A stretch of 64,000 nucleotides of DNA, taken from contig JBBRLR010000004.1 in assembly GCA_038231255.1 (NCBI GenBank), forward strand, positions 17,489-81,488, read 5' to 3'. The notes below the pieces were generated by a model. The model was not told the origin of the DNA. It saw nothing but the letters and a program-made list of their open reading frames with translations, and did not search any database. Below, one piece after another: positions 17,473-27,273 of this stretch. Made by a program: the position numbers and the translations under genes. This stretch comes from Thermomicrobiales bacterium. Lineage in GTDB: Bacteria; Chloroflexota; Chloroflexia; Thermomicrobiales; JALYUS01. Every line of letters starts with the position of its first letter. Within the stretch, counting starts at the first letter, position 1.

Positions 17473-18954
17473 CTATTCCCCGCCCCACTCGAACTCCTCG
17501 AAGGGGAAAATCGGGCGCTGGAGGCGGCGATAGGGGATCTGATCGAGGTGGTTCGTCGTCAGGCCCGGCGTGTCCACATCAATGATCTCCGCCGCGATCG
17601 GCGTGAAGGCGGCGCGGAAGTGGACATTGGACTTGAGCATTAGGATCTGCTTCGCGGTCGGCTCGATCCCTTGGGAGCGGAAGATTTCCAGGTCGGTCGG
17701 CTGGGTCCGTTTCGTCGTCAGCAATATTTCCACCCCGTTGACATCGAAGACTGCCGTCGGCCCCATGTCCATTTGCACGCCCGTCCCCATCGGCCCCTTG
17801 TTCCGGTAGATGCCGTCCGTGATGTTGCGCACCACACCCGTCACCGTGAGGGGTGCGCCGTGCAGATCGTCCGTCTTGCCGCCGATGGTGAGCGTGATCT
17901 CCGCGCCCACACCCGCCGCGATGGCCTGCGCTGCCGCTCCGGGATCGGCGATCACCGCGACGGCGGCATTGGTCGCTCCCGCCGCCAGGAGGGGCCTGAG
18001 GAGGTGCGTGCCGTCGCAGGGCGTGCCGCCGCCCGGATTGTCCCCCTGATCGGAGAGAACGACCGGCCCCTTCGGCGCGGCCATCGCCCGGCGCACCGCT
18101 TCCTCCGGCGTGGCGAGATCGGGCACGAATTCCCGCCGCATCTCCCACATGAACGCCGCCAGTTCGTCCGCATACCGGCGCGCGAGCGTCGGGTCGTTGT
18201 CGGTCACGACGTAGAAATACTGGCCCGCGCCGGGGATGTCGCTGTACGGGAAGCCGGGCGCGACGGTGACGGTGACGACGCGCGGATCGCGCTCGATCTC
18301 GTGCGCCTTGGCGACGACCGTCTGCATCGGCGGGCGCTCGCTGTACGTCTTCGGCCCGAAGATCAGGATCGGCGGGTGGGAGCGTGCGGCGGTTGGCTTG
18401 AGGCCGTCGCGCACCATGCGCACGAGGATTTCGCCCGCCTCGATGGCGCGCTCCCATGAATCCACGTGCGGGTAGGTGTCGTAGGTGACGAGTACATCCG
18501 CGTCGTGTACCATCGTCTCGCTGATGTAGCAGTGCCAGTCGAGCGTCGCGACGACCGGCAGGTCCGGCCCGACGAGCGTCCGCACGCGGTGCAGGAGATG
18601 GCCCTCGCCGTCGTCGTCCACCTCCGTGACCATCGCGCCGTGGAGGGCGAGCAGCACGCCGTCGAGTCCGCCGTCCGCACGCGCCGCAGCGATACCGTCA
18701 AGGATGCGCCGCTCCATCGGCTCGATGGCCTCCGCCGCGACGGTGCCGGAGGGGGTCGCGCGACCGAAAAAGGTCGGAAGGACGGCGAACCCTTCACGCA
18801 CCCCGCTCTCGATGAAGCCGCCGAGACTGCTTCTCGTGCCGGTGAAGGCGTCAAGGATCGCATGTCCGTCGAAGTGTTGGAAAAGATCGGGCGTCGTCCG
18901 AATAGTCGAGAATGTATTCGTCTCGTGCGATACCCCGCCGATTGCAACGCGCAT
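17473..18954 (-). CDS. MlrC-like M81 family metallopeptidase (paralog 1)
   Basis: N-terminus MRVAIGGVSHETNTFS, about 490 aa. ATG 18954 preceded by ggaggaatc. Confidence 0.85.
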   Translation of the reverse strand: MRVAIGGVSHETNTFSTIRTTPDLFQHFDGHAILDAFTGTRSSLGGFIESGVREGFAVLPTFFGRATPSGTVAAEAIEPMERRILDGIAAARADGGLDGVLLALHGAMVTEVDDDGEGHLLHRVRTLVGPDLPVVATLDWHCYISETMVHDADVLVTYDTYPHVDSWERAIEAGEILVRMVRDGLKPTAARSHPPILIFGPKTYSERPPMQTVVAKAHEIERDPRVVTVTVAPGFPYSDIPGAGQYFYVVTDNDPTLARRYADELAAFMWEMRREFVPDLATPEEAVRRAMAAPKGPVVLSDQGDNPGGGTPCDGTHLLRPLLAAGATNAAVAVIADPGAAAQAIAAGVGAEITLTIGGKTDDLHGAPLTVTGVVRNITDGIYRNKGPMGTGVQMDMGPTAVFDVNGVEILLTTKRTQPTDLEIFRSQGIEPTAKQILMLKSNVHFRAAFTPIAAEIIDVDTPGLTTNHLDQIPYRRLQRPIFPFEEFEWGGE

Positions 18955-18969
18955 GATTCCTCCAGTTCT

Positions 18970-19034
18970 GGTTCGCAATTCGAGGTTCGAGGTTCAAGGT
19001 TCAAGGCAGATTCGTCCTCGAACTTCGAACCTGT
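18970..19034. repeat. gttcgaggttcg / cgaacNcgaac hairpin repeat (copy 2)
   Basis: ggttcgcaattcgaggttcgaggttcaaggttcaagg ... cctcgaacttcgaacc, between the permease stop and the mlrC-like start. Confidence 0.75.
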
Positions 19035-19035
19035 T

Positions 19036-19941
19036 TTACCCCCTGCTCCCTCGTGGGTCGAGCGCGTCACGCAGGCCGTCGCCGAGGAGATTGAAGCCGA
19101 GCACGGTGACGACGATTGCCAGACCGGGGAAGAGTGCGATGTGCGGATAGGTGAGGATGTAGGTGCGCCCCGCCGAGAGCATCGAGCCCCACGATGGCGT
19201 CGGCGGCTGCGTGCCGAGGCCGAGGAAGCTGAGGGCCGATTCGAGCAGGATGATTCCCGCCACCGAAAGGCTGGCGAGGACGATCAGCGGGCCGAGAACG
19301 TTCGGCAGGATGTGGCGGACGATAATGCGCGCGTCCGATGCCCCGACCGTCCGCGCCGCCGTGACGAACTCCCGCTCCCGCAGACTGAGCACATCCGCGC
19401 GCACGACGCGCGCGTACTGCCCCCAGACGGTCACGCCGATGATGATGACGACATTGCGCAGGCTTGGGCCAAGCGCGGCGGCCATCGCGATCAGGAGGAC
19501 GAGGAGCGGGAAGGCGATCAGCGCGTCCACGATCCGGGAAAGAATCGCGTCCACAAATCCGCCGAAATAGCCCGCCGCCGCCCCGACGAACGCACCGATC
19601 ACCAGCGAAATCCCGGTCGCGGATAGGCCGACAATCATCGCGATGCGCGACCCGTAGATTACCCTGCTCAACATATCCCTTCCGACCTCATCCATGCCGA
19701 AAGGGTGGGCGAGCGAGGGTGCCGCGCCCCGTATCGTCGTATCAATCGCATACGGATCATAGGGGGCGAAAATGGGCGAGAGGATGGCGAGGAGGGCGAT
19801 GAAACCGATCATCACGAGGCCCGCGACCGCCGGCTTGAACCGGATGAATCGCCGCCACGCCCGCCGCCACTCGTTCTGGCTGCGAAACGCCGCCTGCATC
19901 GGCAGGACGGTCGGGGAATGGGCGACGGATTCGCTCGGCAA
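19036..19941 (-). CDS. Peptide ABC transporter permease (DppC/OppC type)
   Basis: 301 aa, 6 TM. The EAA-type loop region REREFVTAARTVGASDARIIVRHILPN is typical of binding-protein-dependent permeases. Confidence 0.9.
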   Translation of the reverse strand: MPSESVAHSPTVLPMQAAFRSQNEWRRAWRRFIRFKPAVAGLVMIGFIALLAILSPIFAPYDPYAIDTTIRGAAPSLAHPFGMDEVGRDMLSRVIYGSRIAMIVGLSATGISLVIGAFVGAAAGYFGGFVDAILSRIVDALIAFPLLVLLIAMAAALGPSLRNVVIIIGVTVWGQYARVVRADVLSLREREFVTAARTVGASDARIIVRHILPNVLGPLIVLASLSVAGIILLESALSFLGLGTQPPTPSWGSMLSAGRTYILTYPHIALFPGLAIVVTVLGFNLLGDGLRDALDPRGSRG

Positions 19942-19956
19942 TTCGCTCTCCTCCGA

Positions 19957-20883
19957 CTAGCGGTACCGGATCCGGGGATCCACGTAGGCGTAAATAAGGT
20001 CCGTCAAGAGTGTCGCCACAACGACGATCGCCGCGCCAATCGTGACGATGGACTGGACGACGAGGTAATCGCGCCGACTGATCGCCTGAAACAAGAGCCG
20101 CCCGATCCCCGGCCACGCGAAGACCGTTTCGATGACGATCGTGCCACTGAGCAGCACGCCGATCCGGAAGCCGACGACGGTGATGATCGGCAAGAGCGCG
20201 TTACGCACGATGTGGCGGAACATCACAATGCGCTCCGTCAGCCCCTTCGCGCGCGCGGTCGCGATGTATTCCTGACTCATTACCTCGAGCGTCGTTGCGC
20301 GCGTCAGCCGTGCGAGCAGCGCCATCTGCTCCGTGGAAAGGACGAAGACGGGCAGGACATACGCCTTCCAGCCATTACTACCAAAGGGCGGCAGCCAGCC
20401 GAGTTTGAGCGAGAAAAGGATGATGAGCATCAGCCCGAGCCAGAAATTCGGGATCGAGATGCCGAGAGTTGAGAAGAGCGTGGCGGATGCGTCGAAGATC
20501 GTGTACCGCTTGACCGCCGCGAGGATGCCCATGGGGATCGCGACGACGAGTGAGAAGAAGAGCGCGAGGCCATTCAGTTTGAGCGTGTTCGGCGCGGCGG
20601 CGCGCAGCAGGTCGGTCACCGGTCTGCCGCCGAAGGTGACGGACTCGCCGAAGTTGCCGTGCAAGATATTCTTCAGCCAGGTGAAATACTGCACGTAGAT
20701 CGGCTGATCCAGCCCCCAGAAGTGGCGAATCACCTCGCGCTGCTCGTACGTCATGTTCGCCTCACCGACAATCAGGTCCACCGGATCGCCGGGGGTGAGA
20801 TGGAGGATCGTGAAGACCATTAGCGTCACGATCCAGATGACGACGACCCCTTGGAGGAGACGGAGAATAACGTATCGGCCCAA
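19957..20883 (-). CDS. Peptide ABC transporter permease (DppB/OppB type)
   Basis: The N-terminus GRYVILRLLQGVVVIWIVTLMVF and SQEYIATARAKGLTERIVMFRHIVRNAL are classic DppB features. TTG start. Confidence 0.9.
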   Translation of the reverse strand: MGRYVILRLLQGVVVIWIVTLMVFTILHLTPGDPVDLIVGEANMTYEQREVIRHFWGLDQPIYVQYFTWLKNILHGNFGESVTFGGRPVTDLLRAAAPNTLKLNGLALFFSLVVAIPMGILAAVKRYTIFDASATLFSTLGISIPNFWLGLMLIILFSLKLGWLPPFGSNGWKAYVLPVFVLSTEQMALLARLTRATTLEVMSQEYIATARAKGLTERIVMFRHIVRNALLPIITVVGFRIGVLLSGTIVIETVFAWPGIGRLLFQAISRRDYLVVQSIVTIGAAIVVVATLLTDLIYAYVDPRIRYR

Positions 20884-20887
20884 TGAA

Positions 20888-20938
20888 CCTCACCCCCGGC
20901 CCCTCTCCATTGCTGACAAGCAATGGAGAGGGGAGAAG
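20888..20938. repeat. cccctctccatNgc / gcNatggagagggg hairpin (copy G1)
   Basis: cccctctccattgc (20900-20913), tgacaa, gcaatggagagggg (20920-20933), preceded by cctcaccccc. Sits inside the ABC operon. Confidence 0.85.
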
Positions 20939-20970
20939 ATTCACTCAGTACTCAGCACCCAGTACTCGTC

Positions 20971-22815
20971 CTAACCTTCCTCGATCCAGTACTTGGCGAA
21001 GTTCTGGTAGAGCCAATAGGGGTTGGTTGCCTTGTCCGGCATGCCCTTGATGCGCTTGTTGAAGAAGAGCACGGTTTCCCAGTACATCACGTAGAGGAAG
21101 GGCACTTCTACCGAGATCAGTTTCTGCAGATCGCTGTAGATTTTCTTGCGCTTCTCCGCATCAACCTCTGCGGCGCCCGCGTCGAGCAATTTCTGCGCGT
21201 CCGGGTTGTCCCAGTGCGCCCAGTTGTTCGTGTTGCCCTTGTAGAGCGCCTGCCCGTCCGGGTCGCCGTTGTTGCCGCCGTAGGTCCAGTTGAACAGACC
21301 GATGTCATAATTCCCCTCGCGCTCCGCCGCGAGCGCGGCGGAGGTTTCCAGTTCCTTCAGTTGCATGTCAATGCCGACGTCTTTGAAGTTGCGCTGCGCG
21401 ATCTCTGCCTCGCTCTTGCGCAGCGCGTCCCCGCTAAAGACGGTGCAGACAACCGAGAGTTTCTGCCCCTGCGCGTTGGCGAGGATGCCGTCTGACCCCG
21501 GCGTCCAGCCTGCGTCCTTGAGCAGCGCCTTCGCCTTATCGAGATCGCGCGGGTAGGGTGTCGTGTTCGTCTCGTAATAAAACTCGAGCGCGGGTGAGAT
21601 GTTGCCCGTCGCCTTGACCGCAAGCCCCTTGAGGAGGTCCTTGACCATCGCGTCGCGGTCCATCGCGTACATCATCGCCTGACGGACGCGCTTGTCGCTG
21701 AGCAGCGGGCGCGTGACGTTAAGCGGGAAATGGTTGACGGCGGCGCCCGGCGCGCGAAAGGTCTGAAATTTCGGGTCCTTGATGAAATTGAGCGTATCCT
21801 CCGGCGCGAGCGGCCAGGTGGAGGAGTCTGCGTCGCCGGTGCGGAGGGCGATGGCGCGCACGGAGGTTTCCGGCACGATGTTCTCGCGCCAGGTGTCAAT
21901 ATAGGGGCGACCATCCCAGTAATCATCGAAGGCCGCGAGCGTGACGTGGTCGCCGAGCTTCTGCTCCATGAACTTGTACGGCCCGGTGCCGACGGGCGCT
22001 TTCTTGTATTCTTTCTCGCCGATCTTCTCATGGACGTGCTTCGGCACGATAGCGATCGTCGCGCTCAGCGCTCCAAAGGGGACGTAGACGCGCGACAGCG
22101 TGACGATGACGGTCGCGTCGTCCGGCGTCGCGACATCCGCGACATCCTTGAAGTTCGGCTGGTTGATTGCGGCATTCTTCGGGTCGCGGAGCCAGTCGTA
22201 GTAATACTTGACATCGGCGGATGTAAAGGGCTGTCCGTCGTGCCATTTGACGCCCTTGCGCAGTTTGAATGTCCACGTCTTGCCGTCCGGCGAAACCTGA
22301 TAGCTTTCGGCGAGGACGGGGGCGAGTTTGAAGTTCTCGTCCACCTTCAATAGCGCCTCGTGGATATTATAGATGAGGACGTACCAGACGGTCGGACCGG
22401 CATCGTCCGGGCTGAGGCTCGAAACATCCTGATGCCCCACCGTCACGAACGTGCCGCCCCGCTTCGGCTTCTTGCCGGACGCGGACGCGGCGGTCGTCGG
22501 GCCGCCGCCCGTGGCCGCGCTCGCCGCCGCCGGGGCGGTAGCGCCCGTGGATGCGGCGCTACTGGCGGCGGGCGCAGTTGACTGATTGACGGCGACCGTC
22601 GGGATCGTTCCTTTGGTGGGCGCTGCCTGCGTCCCACCAGCGGGAGTATTCGTCGGCGCGGAAGTGGAGCCGCCGCACGCAGCCAGGAGCGCGGCGACGA
22701 CCGGACTCGACATGCCGAGGAGCGCGGCACGGCGCGAGAATTCTCTGCGCTGTGCGGGGGTGGCGTCCCGCAATGCCTCGACCAGATCAAGCGGATGACT
22801 GGCGTCGTACGACAC
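20971..22815 (-). CDS. Peptide/nickel ABC substrate-binding lipoprotein (family 5), Tat-type signal
   Basis: RREFSRRAALLGMSSPVVAALLAACGG (twin-Arg plus lipobox), an Ala/Ser/Thr/Gly-rich linker, then an SBP_bac_5-like body. GTG 22815 preceded by gaaggagg. Confidence 0.9.
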   Translation of the reverse strand: MSYDASHPLDLVEALRDATPAQRREFSRRAALLGMSSPVVAALLAACGGSTSAPTNTPAGGTQAAPTKGTIPTVAVNQSTAPAASSAASTGATAPAAASAATGGGPTTAASASGKKPKRGGTFVTVGHQDVSSLSPDDAGPTVWYVLIYNIHEALLKVDENFKLAPVLAESYQVSPDGKTWTFKLRKGVKWHDGQPFTSADVKYYYDWLRDPKNAAINQPNFKDVADVATPDDATVIVTLSRVYVPFGALSATIAIVPKHVHEKIGEKEYKKAPVGTGPYKFMEQKLGDHVTLAAFDDYWDGRPYIDTWRENIVPETSVRAIALRTGDADSSTWPLAPEDTLNFIKDPKFQTFRAPGAAVNHFPLNVTRPLLSDKRVRQAMMYAMDRDAMVKDLLKGLAVKATGNISPALEFYYETNTTPYPRDLDKAKALLKDAGWTPGSDGILANAQGQKLSVVCTVFSGDALRKSEAEIAQRNFKDVGIDMQLKELETSAALAAEREGNYDIGLFNWTYGGNNGDPDGQALYKGNTNNWAHWDNPDAQKLLDAGAAEVDAEKRKKIYSDLQKLISVEVPFLYVMYWETVLFFNKRIKGMPDKATNPYWLYQNFAKYWIEEG

Positions 22816-22947
22816 GGTAATCCTCCTTCACAACGACGAACACACAAACAACGATGACATAGCGGCATTCCAGCGCCAACATTGGCGGGATCCGTGCGTG
22901 TCGAGCGCGATGCAGACCGAGTGCTATTCCCCTGCGGGCATGATGAT

Positions 22948-22977
22948 AGTATAGGGTTATGCTCCGAATAGTGTCAA
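22948..22977 (-). promoter_or_regulatory. Candidate sigma70-type promoter for the ABC importer operon
   Basis: The minus strand reads TTGACA (22977-22972), an 18-nt spacer, then TATACT (22953-22948), about 130 nt upstream of the SBP start. Confidence 0.45.
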
Positions 22978-23047
22978 TCGGCGCGCATCGTGCCGATATA
23001 CCGGATTCAGCGGGTTGTCTTGTGCATCTATGGTCGGACGAATCGCC

Positions 23048-23275
23048 TCATCCGGTCGTTGTCGCGACGATAACGTCCGCGAACTCCGTGAGCATCTGCG
23101 CGGCGATTGTCGGGTCGCGCAGGCGCTCTTCGGGTGGGCGATCCGTCGTCGGGGCGTTGCTGACGGCGAACCGCGCGAACGCCGCTGTCGCGCCATTCTC
23201 GCTCGTCAAGGCGCCGTTTTCCCAGCGCACCGCCGCCTCGTCGCCGCGCCAGCGGATGCGCCATTCGATCCACAT
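23048..23275 (-). CDS. Hypothetical small protein
   Basis: ORF 23048..23290 shows strong G/C third-position bias in this frame (MWIEWRIRWRGDEAAVRWENGALTSENG...). No family recognised. Confidence 0.4.
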   Translation of the reverse strand: MWIEWRIRWRGDEAAVRWENGALTSENGATAAFARFAVSNAPTTDRPPEERLRDPTIAAQMLTEFADVIVATTTG

Positions 23276-23307
23276 ACTCTGCCCCCACATCGGTAGCGTA
23301 GGCTGCC

Positions 23308-24810
23308 TTAAAGATACTGCTCATACCCACCGCGCATCTCGGCGGCGTCGAGCGGCCAGATCGTTCGGCGGATGCGGTGGTACGGGAAGCCGGACAGATC
23401 GAGCGTCGTCGCGCCGGGCGCATCCGCCGCGATGATCGCCGTCGCAAGGTGCGTGTACCCGGCGCGGAAGTGCGCGCTGGACTTGACAGCGATGATCCGG
23501 TATCGCCGCACATCAATGCCGTGCAGCAGGAAGATTTCGTCGTCCAGCACCTGATTGCGGCGCGAGCCGACGAGCACATCCACGCCGCCGATCCGCAAAC
23601 GTGCCATCGGGCCGATCTCGACGAGCATGCCGCGCCCCATCGGCGTCGTCAGGCGGAATTGTCCGTCGGTCAGGCACTTCACGTACGCTGCTGCCTCGAT
23701 GGGCGCGCCGTGCAGGTCGTCCGTCTTGCCGCCGAGGCGCACGTCAATCGTCGCGCCGACGCCCGCCGCGTGTACCTGCGCCGCCGTTTCGGGGTCAAAA
23801 ATGTAGGCGTAGCATGCGTTTTCGAGCTTCATGGCGAGCATCGCGCGCAAGAGGTGCGTGCTGTCGCCGGGAGAACCGCCGCCGGGATTGTCGGACGTGT
23901 CGTTGATGACGACCGGGCCGTTCGGCACTGCTAACGCCCGGCTGATTGCCTCGGTGGCGGTGAGGATTTCGGGCCGGTACTCCTCGCGCGCTTCCCAGAT
24001 CGCCTGTGCGACCGCCTTGCCCGCCGCCGCCGCCAGCGCGGGGTCGTCGTCCGCGATTGTCAGGACGGACATGCCGACGGCGGGCACATCGGTGTAGGGA
24101 AAACCGTGGAAGATCGTGCAATCTATCATGCCGGGCCGTCGTTCCCACTCGCGGCACAGGGCGTTGAGCCGCATGCCGGGTTCGAGGTCGGTGCTGCACG
24201 TCGGGATCATCACGGGTAATTGTTCGAGGTGCATGGTGGGCCGGATTTCCCGCTCCAGCAGGCGATATAGGAAGTCCATCGCCTCCGCGCCGCGCTCGTA
24301 GCTGTCGGAGTGCGGGTAGTACCAGTTGCCGAACAGGCCGTCCGCGTGTTCGAGCATCAGCGGCGTGATGTTGCCGTGCAAATCGAGCGAGGCGGCGATG
24401 GACACCTCCGGCCCGACACGTTCCCGCACCGCCGCAAGTACCGCCCCTTCGAGGTCGTCAATCCCCTCCGCGACGCCCGCGCCGTGGAGCGCGAGGCAGA
24501 CGGCATCCACCGGCATCGCGTGCTCGATTTCCGCCAGCAGTGTCGCGAGGATTTCGTCGTACGCCGCCCGCGTGATCGTGCCGGACGGGTAGGCGGTCGC
24601 GCCGAAGGTCGGCAGCGCCGCGATCCCCCGCTCGTCCGCTGCCGCGAGCATCCCGCCGATATAGGTGCGGTTGCCGCCGTGCGCGCGGACCATGTCGTCG
24701 CCGACGAACCACTGGTACTCCTTGAATGGCCCGGTCGTCGTCGGCGATGAGCAGAAGGTGTTGGTTTCGTGCGCGAACTCGCCGATAGCAATGCGATAGC
24801 GGTGGGTCAT
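23308..24810 (-). CDS. MlrC-like M81 family metallopeptidase (paralog 2)
   Basis: The N-terminus MTHRYRIAIGEFAHETNTFC parallels paralog 1. ATG 24810 preceded by gaggaaaaac. Confidence 0.85.
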   Translation of the reverse strand: MTHRYRIAIGEFAHETNTFCSSPTTTGPFKEYQWFVGDDMVRAHGGNRTYIGGMLAAADERGIAALPTFGATAYPSGTITRAAYDEILATLLAEIEHAMPVDAVCLALHGAGVAEGIDDLEGAVLAAVRERVGPEVSIAASLDLHGNITPLMLEHADGLFGNWYYPHSDSYERGAEAMDFLYRLLEREIRPTMHLEQLPVMIPTCSTDLEPGMRLNALCREWERRPGMIDCTIFHGFPYTDVPAVGMSVLTIADDDPALAAAAGKAVAQAIWEAREEYRPEILTATEAISRALAVPNGPVVINDTSDNPGGGSPGDSTHLLRAMLAMKLENACYAYIFDPETAAQVHAAGVGATIDVRLGGKTDDLHGAPIEAAAYVKCLTDGQFRLTTPMGRGMLVEIGPMARLRIGGVDVLVGSRRNQVLDDEIFLLHGIDVRRYRIIAVKSSAHFRAGYTHLATAIIAADAPGATTLDLSGFPYHRIRRTIWPLDAAEMRGGYEQYL

Positions 24811-24819
24811 GTTTTTCCT

Positions 24820-24890
24820 CACCCCTGGCCCCTCTCCATCGCTCTCAGATCACGAAAGGCGATAGGCTCACATGGCGATAGAGAGGGGAG
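24820..24890. repeat. cccctctccatNgc / gcNatNgagagggg hairpin (copy G2)
   Basis: cccctctccatcgc (24829-24842) pairs with gcgatagagagggg (24875-24888). Confidence 0.8.
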
Positions 24891-25026
24891 CGTACAGACA
24901 CTAGCATTCCGTTGCCATCGTACCTGATTGTGGCAGGATAGCCTACGACGCTATCCCACCGAACCTCGTCATCAGTGTAGAATGCCCCCAGTGGATGAAC
25001 GTACAGAAAGGGGCAAGGCGCGCGTT

Positions 25027-27273
25027 ATGCAGCATCTCCGGGCGGTTTCACTGGCCGGGTCATGGCGCTTTCGGACCGATCCGGATCGTCTGGGCGACCT
25101 CACGTCCGCCGATCTCGTGCAGTCCGCCGACGACGAGTGCGCATTCCATCTGCCCACCTACGACGACAGCGACTGGCAGGCGATCCCTGTCCCCGGCAAC
25201 TGGCAGCAGTTCGGCCACGACTACAATGGCGTCGCCTGGTACCGGACGCGCTTCGTCCGGCCTGATTTTCCCGGCGATGGCGTCGCGCGGCTCCGCTTCG
25301 CGGGGGTGGATTACTACGCCGATGTTTGGCTCAACGGCTTCTACCTCGGTTCGCACGAAGGGTATTTCGCCCCCTTCACTTTCGATTGCACCCGCTGGCT
25401 CCGGGACGACAATGTGCTGGTCGTGCGCGTGGACAGCCCGAACGATGTGCGCGTCAAACACAAGCGCGAGCACGAACGCAAGACGCTCATCAAGGGCGCA
25501 TTGCAGGATTGGGATGTTAACAACCTCGATGTGAACCCCGGCGGTATCTGGAGCGACGTGACGCTGCTCCTGTCCGGGCCGCAGTACATCGCGGAGGTGC
25601 GCGCCGATGTGGATTTGGCCGCGCACGCTGCAACGGGCCGCGCCTCGCTCGCCTTGCGCGTCACGCTCGTCAACGCGCTCCCCGCCGCCGTGGATGCTCG
25701 CGTGCGGCTGACGCTCGCGCCCGCCACCTTCACTAGCGAGACGATCGAGGAGGAGGGGCGCATCCGCCTCCTGCCCGGCCCGAATGTCCATACCCTTTGG
25801 CTGCAAATCCCCGATGCCCGCCTTTGGTGGACGTGGGATCAGGGGCGGCCCGATTTGTACGCGCTCACCGTCACAGTCGGCACGGGCGAGACGCCGGGCG
25901 ACAGCGTCACGGAGCGGATCGGGCTGCGCACCGTCGAGCGGCGCGGCGCGGGCTGGGCGACGTACCTCAATGGCCGCCGCATCTTCTGGCGGGGCGCCAA
26001 TTACCTTTCCGATCAACTGCTCGGTTCAATGACGCCCGAACGGTACGCGCAGGATGTCCGCCTCCTCCACGAGGCGAACATGAACGTGGTGCGCCCCTTC
26101 TGCGTCGTCGAGCATGCCGCCTTCTACGCGGCGTGCGACGCGGCGGGGCTGCTCGTTTATCAGGACTTCCCAATGCAATGGCGGATGGCGAACGACTCCG
26201 ACCTTGTGCGGCGCGCGACGCGGCAGGCGGAGGAGATGATCGCGCTGCTGGCAAACCATCCGTCCGTTTTTCTGTATTGCTACGGCTCGGAGCCGGGCGA
26301 GGCGAACTTCAAGAAGCTGAGCATGGCGCTTGCCGCCACCTCCCGTGCGGCGGACTCGATGCGCATCACTCATCAGGCGAATGAGTACGCCGGCCACTGG
26401 GAGATCATGGCGGAGCGCGAGCGGTATGGCTGGCCGGTGGACATGCACCTCTACAGTGGCTGGTACACCGACGCCTTCGGCGAACTCTACGATCTCGCGC
26501 GCTACACGCCGGAGCATTTCGAACTGGTCACCGAGTATGGCGCGCAGGCGCTCCCCGCGCAGGAACTCCTGCACGCCATCCTGCCGCCCGAGCAGCGCGC
26601 CTGGCCACCGACGCCGCGCGCCCTCCGCACCCTGAAACGCCGCTGTATGCAGCCCGAGCCGCTCTTTCGCGCCGTGCCGGACGCGACGAGTTGGCAGGAT
26701 TTGATCGCCAAAAGCCAGGCGTATCAGGCGCTCGTCCTCAAGTTCCACACCGAGCACTACCGGCGGCTGAAGTACGCGCCGTGCAACGGCGCCGTAATGT
26801 TCACCTTCAACGATTGCTGGCCCGCCGTGACGTGGTCGGTCGTGGACTACGCGCGCCGTCCCAAGCAGGGCTATTACGCCTTGCAGCAAGCCTTCGCGCC
26901 GCTCCATGTCATGCTGAACTGGGTCGCGCCGCTCGCCGCGACGCTCGGCACGCCGTGGCAGGCGGAGATCATCGTCGTCAACGATCTGCCGGAGTCGTTC
27001 GCGGGCCTGATCGCCGGCTGGCTCGTCCGGCACGATGCGACGGGCGCGATCCTCGCCGAAGGCTCGATCCCGTGCGACGTGGCGGCGGACTGCCCGGCGA
27101 CGCCAATCGGCGTCCTGCCACTGCGCCCCCCGCCGGACGCGCCCGTCGGCCCCTGCACCATCGCCCTCCGCCTCACCGACCGAAACGGCGACATCCGCGC
27201 CACGAACGCCTACACCCTCATCCTCCGCGCCCCCTGGCAGACCACGACCTCATCCCTGCGGACGGAAACCTGA
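25027..27273 (+). CDS. Glycoside hydrolase family 2 (beta-mannosidase/exo-glucosaminidase-like)
   Basis: GH2 sugar-binding N-terminus (WQAIPVPGNWQ, GVAWYRTRF, VDYYADVWLNGFYLGSHEGYFAPF), then a TIM-barrel segment. Start MQHLRAV at 25027. Confidence 0.8.
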   Translation: MQHLRAVSLAGSWRFRTDPDRLGDLTSADLVQSADDECAFHLPTYDDSDWQAIPVPGNWQQFGHDYNGVAWYRTRFVRPDFPGDGVARLRFAGVDYYADVWLNGFYLGSHEGYFAPFTFDCTRWLRDDNVLVVRVDSPNDVRVKHKREHERKTLIKGALQDWDVNNLDVNPGGIWSDVTLLLSGPQYIAEVRADVDLAAHAATGRASLALRVTLVNALPAAVDARVRLTLAPATFTSETIEEEGRIRLLPGPNVHTLWLQIPDARLWWTWDQGRPDLYALTVTVGTGETPGDSVTERIGLRTVERRGAGWATYLNGRRIFWRGANYLSDQLLGSMTPERYAQDVRLLHEANMNVVRPFCVVEHAAFYAACDAAGLLVYQDFPMQWRMANDSDLVRRATRQAEEMIALLANHPSVFLYCYGSEPGEANFKKLSMALAATSRAADSMRITHQANEYAGHWEIMAERERYGWPVDMHLYSGWYTDAFGELYDLARYTPEHFELVTEYGAQALPAQELLHAILPPEQRAWPPTPRALRTLKRRCMQPEPLFRAVPDATSWQDLIAKSQAYQALVLKFHTEHYRRLKYAPCNGAVMFTFNDCWPAVTWSVVDYARRPKQGYYALQQAFAPLHVMLNWVAPLAATLGTPWQAEIIVVNDLPESFAGLIAGWLVRHDATGAILAEGSIPCDVAADCPATPIGVLPLRPPPDAPVGPCTIALRLTDRNGDIRATNAYTLILRAPWQTTTSSLRTET

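Noticed and set aside
22440-22640. Low-complexity Ala/Ser/Thr/Gly-rich stretch as a DNA repeat.
   Set aside because: It is the flexible linker after the lipobox of the substrate-binding lipoprotein. It is in frame and typical for such proteins.
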